Shown in pieces: positions 55,776 to 64,000 of a stretch of 64,000 nucleotides of DNA (positions are counted from its first letter, which is position 1; the number at the start of each line of letters is the position of its first letter). Source of the DNA: Eledone cirrhosa (taxonomy: Eukaryota); NCBI GenBank assembly GCA_964016885.1, contig OZ024765.1, positions 3,286,001 to 3,350,000 on the forward strand. The letters are read 5' to 3'. A program made the translations under genes and the position numbers. Under the pieces are notes generated by a model, which saw only the letters and a list, made by a program, of their open reading frames with translations, was not told where the DNA came from and made no database searches.

Positions 55776-55970
55776 TGTGTGTGTGTGTGTATATATGGGG
55801 GGGGGTTTACTGTGGTTGTTGTTGTTTTGCTACTGTTTGTATTGTTCCCGACACTCCTTTCTTCTAAATAAACAGGATATGAGTATGTCTCGTGTGTGTA
55901 TATATATATACACACATAAATACACACACATACATACATATATGTGTGTATGTGTATGCATATATATACA

Positions 55971-56002
<32 letters not shown>

Positions 56003-56155
56003 CACATAAATACACACACATACATACATATGTGTGTATGTGTATACATATATATACATGTGTGTGTGTGTGTATATTGTATATATATATATATATACAC
56101 ACACATAAATACACACACATACATACATATATGTGTGTATGTGTATACATATACA

Positions 56156-56193
<38 letters not shown>

Positions 56194-56657
56194 CACACAC
56201 ATAAATACACACACATACATACATATATGTGTGTATGTGTATACATATATATACATGTGTGTGTGTGTGTATATTGTATATATATATATACACACATAAA
56301 TACACACACATACATACATATATGTGTGTATGTGTATACATATATATACATGTGTGTGTGTATACATATATATACACACATAAATACACACACATACATA
56401 CATATATGTGTGTGTGTATATATATATATATACATGTGTGTGTGTATATATATATACACACATAAATACACACACATACAAACAGAGGCATAAATAAACA
56501 TATACAAACATAAGTATGCCACTCTCTCTCTCTACCTCTCTCCCTCTCTCTATACCTCTCTCTCTATATATATACCTCTCTCTCTCTCTCTCTACCTCTC
56601 TCTATACCTCTCTCTATACCTCTGTCTGTGCTTCTGTATGTTTCTGTGTGTGTCTGC

Positions 56658-56715
<58 letters not shown>

Positions 56716-57014
56716 CTGTGTGAGTGCCTGCCTCTGTGCGTGTGTGTGTGTGTGTGTGTGCCTATGTGTGTGTGCCTGTGTGTCTGCCTATCTGTGTGTG
56801 TGTCTGCCTATGTATGTGTGTGTCTGCCTATGTGTGTGTGTGTGTCTGCCTATATGTGTGTGTGTCTGCCTATGTGTGTGTGTGAGTGTGTGTGTGAGTC
56901 TGCCTATGTGTGTGTGTGAGTGTGTGTGTGTGTATGTGCCTGTGTGTGTGTGTGTGTGTGTGTGTGTGAGTCTGCCTGTGTGTGTGTGTGTGTGTGTGTG
57001 TGAGAGTCTGCCTA

Positions 57015-57052
<38 letters not shown>

Positions 57053-57109
57053 TCTGCCTATGTGTGTGTGTGTGTGTGCCTGTGTGTGTGTGTGTGTGTG
57101 TGAGTCTGC

Positions 57110-57148
<39 letters not shown>

Positions 57149-57230
57149 TCTGCCTATGTATGTGTGTGTGTGTGCCTGCGTGTGTGTGTGTGTGTGTGTG
57201 TGAGTCTGCCTATGTATGTGTGTGTGTGTG

Positions 57231-57272
<42 letters not shown>

Positions 57273-57294
57273 TCTGCCTATGTGTGTGTGTGTG

Positions 57295-57348
<54 letters not shown>

Positions 57349-57900
57349 AGTCTGCCTATGTATGTGTGTGCGTGTGTGTGTGTGTGTGTGTACTTATGTA
57401 TAAGAGTTGAAATAACATCCCAGACTGGAATATCTCCCAGATAACACAACAGAGGGGACATTCTAGGGGAAGTGACGGCATTCATCGCTCTCCTGTGGCC
57501 ATTAACCCCATCAGGGTGTCTGTTGAAATCCCCACCCCAGGGAGATGTTATCTCCAACCCACTGGCAGTCTCTCCTGGGGTGTTCGTTGTTTCACTTTAA
57601 ACCGTTTAACACCAGACTCAGTGATAGGAGTGAACAATAGGGGGGGTGTGTATGTGTGTGTGTGTGTGAGTGTGAGTGTGTGTATATATATATATATGTG
57701 TGTGTATATATATATGTGTGTGAGTGAGTGTGAGTGTGTGTATATATATATATATATATGTGTGTGTGTGAGTGTGTGTGTATATGTGTGTGTGTGAGTG
57801 AGTGTGAGTGTGTGTATATATATATATGTGTGTGTATATATATATGTGTGTGTGTGTGTGTGAGTGAGTGTGAGTGTGTATATATATGTGTGTGTGTGAG

Positions 57901-57993
<93 letters not shown>

Positions 57994-58035
57994 GTACTTG
58001 GGGAGGATCATATTATTGTAATAATGTAAAAATGT

Positions 58036-58365
58036 GTCGATCGACTTTCATCAAATCGGACCGAGGAAACAGTGTTTCCGTTGGTCTTTCCAGTTGCTAA
58101 TACTATCTATCGGTCGCAACTCCAGGTAGAAGGAGCAACGGGAAATAAAGTGTCTTGCTCAAGGACATAACGCATCTCCCGTTCCAGGAATCGAACTCTC
58201 GATTGCGAATCCATATATATATATATATACACACGCAATCGTGAGTTCGCTTCCTGGAACGGGCGATGTGTTATGTCCTTCAGCAAGACACTTTATTTCC
58301 CGTTGCTCCTTCTACCTGGAGTTGCGACCGATAGATAGTATTAGCAACTGGAAAGACCAATGGAT
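58036..58365. mobile_element. two S2 SINEs in inverted orientation around (TA)n
   Basis: 58036-58212 (-) and 58236-58365 (+). Confidence 0.7.
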
Positions 58366-58637
58366 ACGCATACGTAATCACACACACACACACACACACA
58401 CAATGTTGGGAAGTTCCGACAAACATAAATGCTTATAACTGCTTTAGAACACTCAACAAATTAGCGGAGTAAATATTCCAAGATATTAAATTGTGGTAAG
58501 GAACCAGATGGGCCATAACGCACCAAAGTAATCAATACTTAGGGTAGTAGAGTGGGTAATAGGAACATGTATGACCCCTGAGTCCAGAATTAGCCGTAGA
58601 AACGGCTTGAGTTCTGCCGTCGGGGTCATACTTGTTG

Positions 58638-58697
<60 letters not shown>

Positions 58698-58699
<2 letters not shown>

Positions 58700-58862
58700 G
58701 TTTAAATAGCTTGACAAATTGAACATTGTGGTAGGCAAAACCTAACACACAATACCAAAGTAACGAAAAAAACTAACAGGTTGAAAAGTTTTTTCGTTAC
58801 TTTGGTATGGTGTGTTAGGTTTTGCTTACCGCAATGTTCAATTAGTCAAGCTATTTAAACGT
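58698..58862. repeat. 165-bp fold-back palindrome
   Basis: acgtttaaatagcttgac...gtcaagctatttaaacgt with a short spacer. Confidence 0.8.
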
Positions 58863-59359
58863 GTGTTATTACTCTAAGGTCAGGTCACCAGTTGGTGCTA
58901 CTGGTAACATGTATCCCAGTACAAACTGTCCCATGGTCGGGTCGTTGGCGACTAAACTGGCAACCCCACCAAGGTTTCTTGGTGAGGAGGGTGACTTTGG
59001 ACATCCTGCAGGACTAAAAACAAAACCTGTCAGAGGGCAAAGGAGCTCTTAAGAGTCAATGGCTATCCAAAATCACCGGGAGAGATGACCCCTTAGCCTT
59101 TGTCAAGGCAGAATTCTAGGAGAAGGAAAACTCTGATATAACACCTGCAACCCTGATGGTATCCAATGATGTTGACTTGTTCTTCTTTTTGGTAAATATC
59201 ATCTTGGTTAAGAGAGTGGGACTGGCTTTGTGCAGTGCCTTTGCTCACTATAAAAGTTTCACGGCACAGGCATATTTACTTCTGCGTTCACAGATTGATT
59301 TTTTTAGTTTCAGAAGATCCTGTTAAGGGTGAAAGCAGCGATTCTTTGCTTAAACTTTA

Positions 59360-59407
<48 letters not shown>

Positions 59408-59448
59408 GATATTAACAAATGGAAACTATATTTATAAAACCATATTTA

Positions 59449-59509
59449 TTTCATTATACATATTTCAAGGACACCAAGTTAAATTATGGTGTGCTTTCAT
59501 CAGACAAAA
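59449..59509 (-). ncRNA. hammerhead ribozyme, family B, intact
   Basis: UUUUGU-CUGAUGA-AAGCACACCA uaauuuaacu UGGUGUCCUU-GAAA-U augu AUA-AUGAAA. Confidence 0.75.
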
Positions 59510-59583
59510 TATAATACAGATCAGTTTTATAAATAAATATTGACATACCCTTAAAAAATGCAACCATTACTGTTAGAAGCTCC

Positions 59584-59636
<53 letters not shown>

Positions 59637-59747
59637 GTGTACAGATATTTTTGCGCATACACAATAACAAAATATAAACAAACGTATTTATTTCACGAGG
59701 CTCGATAAGGCTAAATATATATCAAATATATAAACACCCTAGAGAAA

Positions 59748-59778
59748 ATCCCGAGCAACGCCGGGCCATTCTGCTAGT
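59748..59778 (+). mobile_element. Helitron 3' terminus
   Basis: CCCGagcaacgcCGGG hairpin, 8-nt spacer, CTAG|T. Confidence 0.65.
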
Positions 59779-60064
59779 ATTTACTATATATAAATTAAGG
59801 ATTTTATTTATTATTTACAATTTACGTGTAAGCAGATCTTTCTGGTAATAGGGTTGTGGGGGGGGGGGACTGAGGGTATTATGTGGCCATGAGGGGGGAG
59901 GCAGTTTGAGAAGCTCTGGGTTAACTGGGGTAACACTCGTCGCCGGCACCGACGGAAGACACACACACAATCAACGTAGGGTGGTGTTGTAGAGAAAGGC
60001 AGGGAGCTAACCAAGAGATATACAACCTTGCCACCCCTTTTAGCTGTTGAATGAGTAGACTCAC

Positions 60065-60082
60065 CCTGTCTTTAGTTGACAT
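60065..60082 (-). CDS. candidate first coding exon (MSTKDR) of a minus-strand gene
   Basis: aaaATG context, strong cagg|gtgagt donor, GC-richer unique sequence upstream. Confidence 0.3.
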
Positions 60083-60320
60083 TTTCTCACGAGTGTCAAA
60101 TTATGGGGTTTTCCGACAGTGTGAAGAGACGCAGACCCTGCTGTGTCGGGAGGGGGGGAGTGGGAGCGACTTATACGGTGCAATCTTTGTGTATCTGTGA
60201 AAGTATGTGTGTATTGTGCGTGTTATAATCTGTATGTGTGTGTGTACGAGTTTCATAAATTATGAGTGTTTATATATGTATATATATATATAGCACCAGT
60301 AGCACCAACTGGTGACCTGA

Positions 60321-60411
<91 letters not shown>

Positions 60412-60423
60412 CATATACATATA

Positions 60424-60457
<34 letters not shown>

Positions 60458-60500
60458 CATATATATATATACATATATATATATACATATATATATATAC

Positions 60501-60547
<47 letters not shown>

Positions 60548-60558
60548 CATATATATAC

Positions 60559-60683
<125 letters not shown>

Positions 60684-60714
60684 CATATATATACATATAT
60701 ATACATATATATAC

Positions 60715-60745
<31 letters not shown>

Positions 60746-60853
60746 CATATATACACATATATATACATATATATATATACATATATATACATATATATAT
60801 ATATACATATATATATATATGTATATATATGTATATATATATATATATGTATA

Positions 60854-60902
<49 letters not shown>

Positions 60903-60922
60903 GTATATATATGTATATATGT

Positions 60923-60956
<34 letters not shown>

Positions 60957-61011
60957 GTATATATATGTATATATATATGTATAGATATATATATATATAT
61001 GTATATATATG

Positions 61012-61047
<36 letters not shown>

Positions 61048-61084
61048 TATATATACATATATATATATATATACATATATATAC

Positions 61085-61157
<73 letters not shown>

Positions 61158-61431
61158 CATACATATATATATATACATATATATATATGTGTCTGTGTCT
61201 GTGTGTGTAAAAGGACGATTTGTTATGTCCTCATTACGTTTATTGAGTAGTGACGCGTGTTTCGCTATTGATCAGCTCAAGGTTCGATCTGTATCGATTT
61301 AGCCCGACTCTGGAATCAAACACTCACCGGACCTCTGCTGTGGTAATGGCAGAATGAACCTTTTAAGGCTTAGAAAAACTCTATACCCTTACACATTCAT
61401 TTATGGTGGTCATTCTGAGTTCGTTTTGATT

Positions 61432-61514
<83 letters not shown>

Positions 61515-61619
61515 ATAAACAGTATATGTATGTGTGGGTATGCAAGTGTGTTTATGTGGGTGTATATATGTATGTGTGTGCATGCATGGGTTTAACAAAT
61601 TGCACACACAGATAGATAT

Positions 61620-61975
61620 GTTTCTTTATTAGCCACAGGGGCACAAAAGAAGGGGACAAATACAAAGGGGAAGTTTACATACAATAAAAACGTGTAAAAT
61701 GTTTTCACAAATGCAATTTAAAAAATTAGTCGATTTTCCCCAATAGGGGAGACATTTCATATGGGTAACACATACCCCCGAAAAAATGTGCAACCCTCAT
61801 CTCCAGGAGTACGAAGAGTTTGTACTCCTTTCCTCTCCTCCTCCTTTTCCTCAAACTACAGGCTGATATAGAGAGAAGGCCCATTCACTCGGGCCATTCT
61901 CGCCACTTTCACCCACCTTGCATAAAACTTGCTGGGGTACAGCACCTCTCTCTCCATCCTGATTTTCTTCCAAAA
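61620..61975 (-). mobile_element. Tx1/L1-like LINE 3' end
   Basis: KKIRMEREVLYPSKFYARWVKVARM...* followed by a 3' UTR ending aataaag. Confidence 0.45.
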
Positions 61976-62117
61976 ATAGATAGATAGATAGATAGATGTA
62001 TCTGCTGACACCGCCAGATGGCGTTAGTCGCCGGTGTTTTGGCAGAGCTACCGTATTTCTTCTGAAATACCAAATTCCAATACATATCTGTATACAACTA
62101 TGCCTGAAGCTAAATTG

Positions 62118-62218
<101 letters not shown>

Positions 62219-62401
62219 AACAAAGAAAGTGTGGTAAGGAACCAGGTGGATCATAACACACCAGAGTACTCAATACTTAGGGTAGTAGAGTGGGTAATAG
62301 GAAAAGAGTCAGGACCCCGACGGCTGAGCTCCGGCATGTATGTATGTGTGTGTTTATGTGGGTGCATACATATGTATATGTGTGTATGGGTGTATATATG
62401 T

Positions 62402-62616
62402 CACCCCTACATACCAGTCTCCCCTCTCCACGCCACCGATGAGGTCCAAGGGAAAGGCAATGGCCGATACGACTCATTTCTACAGCTGAGTAAACTGGAG
62501 CAACGTGAAATAAAGTGTCTTGCTCAAGGAAACAACACATCACCTGGTCCGAGAATTGAACTCACGACCTTTCGATTGCAAGCCCAATGCTCTAACCACT
62601 AAGCCATGTGCCTTCA
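62402..62616 (-). mobile_element. S2-type tRNA-derived SINE
   Basis: ggcttagtggttagagc A box, gagttcaattct B box, tccttgagcaagacacttt core. Confidence 0.75.
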
Positions 62617-62666
62617 CAATGCATAGGTATATATATATATATATACATATACATACATACCTATGC

Positions 62667-62700
<34 letters not shown>

Positions 62701-62860
62701 AAAATAAAGGAGGGAGAATAAAGTTAATTAGTAATTAAGCTTATTAATACAATTATCACAAATATACATCCTGCTTAATCATATACACATGTTTATACAC
62801 ACGTACATATATATATATGTCTATACACACAACTGCATGTATTTTAATCCTCATTGGCTA

Positions 62861-62892
<32 letters not shown>

Positions 62893-62912
62893 CACACACA
62901 TATATATATGCG

Positions 62913-62975
<63 letters not shown>

Positions 62976-63102
62976 GTAAACACACACATATATATATGTA
63001 AACACACAGACACATATATATATATACACACATATATACATATATACATATGAATATATATATATATATATACACACACATATATATATGCGCGCGTGTG
63101 TG

Positions 63103-63133
<31 letters not shown>

Positions 63134-63363
63134 GTAAACACACACACACGTATATATATATGTAAACACACAGACACATATATATATATACACACATATA
63201 TACATATATAAACACACACATATATACACACATATATACATATATAAACACACACATATATACACACATATATACATATATATAAACACACACACACATA
63301 TATATACACACATATATACATATATATAAACACACACACACACACATATATACATATATATAA

Positions 63364-63396
<33 letters not shown>

Positions 63397-63437
63397 CTCA
63401 CACATATATATATACACACACACGCTCACACATATAC

Positions 63438-63509
<72 letters not shown>

Positions 63510-63759
63510 GCTAAACACGAGTTGCTACGTGAGGCTCTGACGTAATAAACTTAGAGTTATGTCCCTTAGTCCGTTTGCCTATAACAGACTCAGCGTGCCC
63601 TAAATTTTTAATTATATATATATATATAATTATATATATTATATATATATATAATTGTTTCTACTTTTGGCACAAGGCCAGCAATTAACCAGTGTATTAC
63701 TGGTACTTTATTGTATCGACCCGGTAAGGATGAAAGGCAAAGTTAACCTCGGGGGATAT

Positions 63760-63935
63760 ATAATGAAATTCCGTTGTAACGAAATTCACGTGGTATGTAA
63801 AAAATTCGTTGTAACGAAAAATTCTTTATAACGATATCGACCTATCGCTTCAAGCGTGTGGGCGGGGATTACAAAAAATTTCGTTATATTGAAGAATTCG
63901 ATAAAATGGTATTCGTTATAACAGAATTTTACCTA
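63760..63935. mobile_element. pogo/Tigger-like MITE fragment (related end at 47840-47915)
   Basis: Repeated ttcgttataacga sub-terminal motifs. Confidence 0.5.
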
Positions 63936-63939
63936 ATAC

Positions 63940-63982
<43 letters not shown>

Positions 63983-64000
63983 GGATGGGTGCTACACGAG

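Noticed and set aside
57400-57640. Minus-strand GGDFNRH peptide resembling an APE endonuclease motif
   Set aside because: Single short motif with no supporting context or splice donor
62000-62075. Minus-strand CAGAAGA...AAAACACC...GGUGUC motif
   Set aside because: Needs at least two core mutations to be an HHR

Overview
Eukaryotic (animal) genomic DNA, most likely a coleoid cephalopod/octopod; this is an inference from the SINE families and the extreme (TA)n/(CA)n/(ACC)n/(CT)n microsatellite load. Nearly all ORFs in the supplied track are simple-repeat artefacts. The non-microsatellite islands are mostly retroelement debris (Penelope-like elements, RTE, CR1/L2-like, CRE-like and Tx1-like LINEs, two tRNA-derived SINE families), DNA-transposon MITEs and minisatellite arrays. 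Several of the arrays were amplified from inside LINE or SINE fragments. The most striking signal is a dense set of type-I hammerhead ribozyme (HHR) motifs: roughly 8 sequence-distinct families and about 20 copies, intact or decayed. Many sit in inverted (fold-back) duplications embedded in (TA)n, and one lies directly downstream of a Penelope GIY-YIG endonuclease remnant. No host protein-coding gene could be identified. Short AG...GT-bounded islands may be micro-exons and are reported at low confidence.
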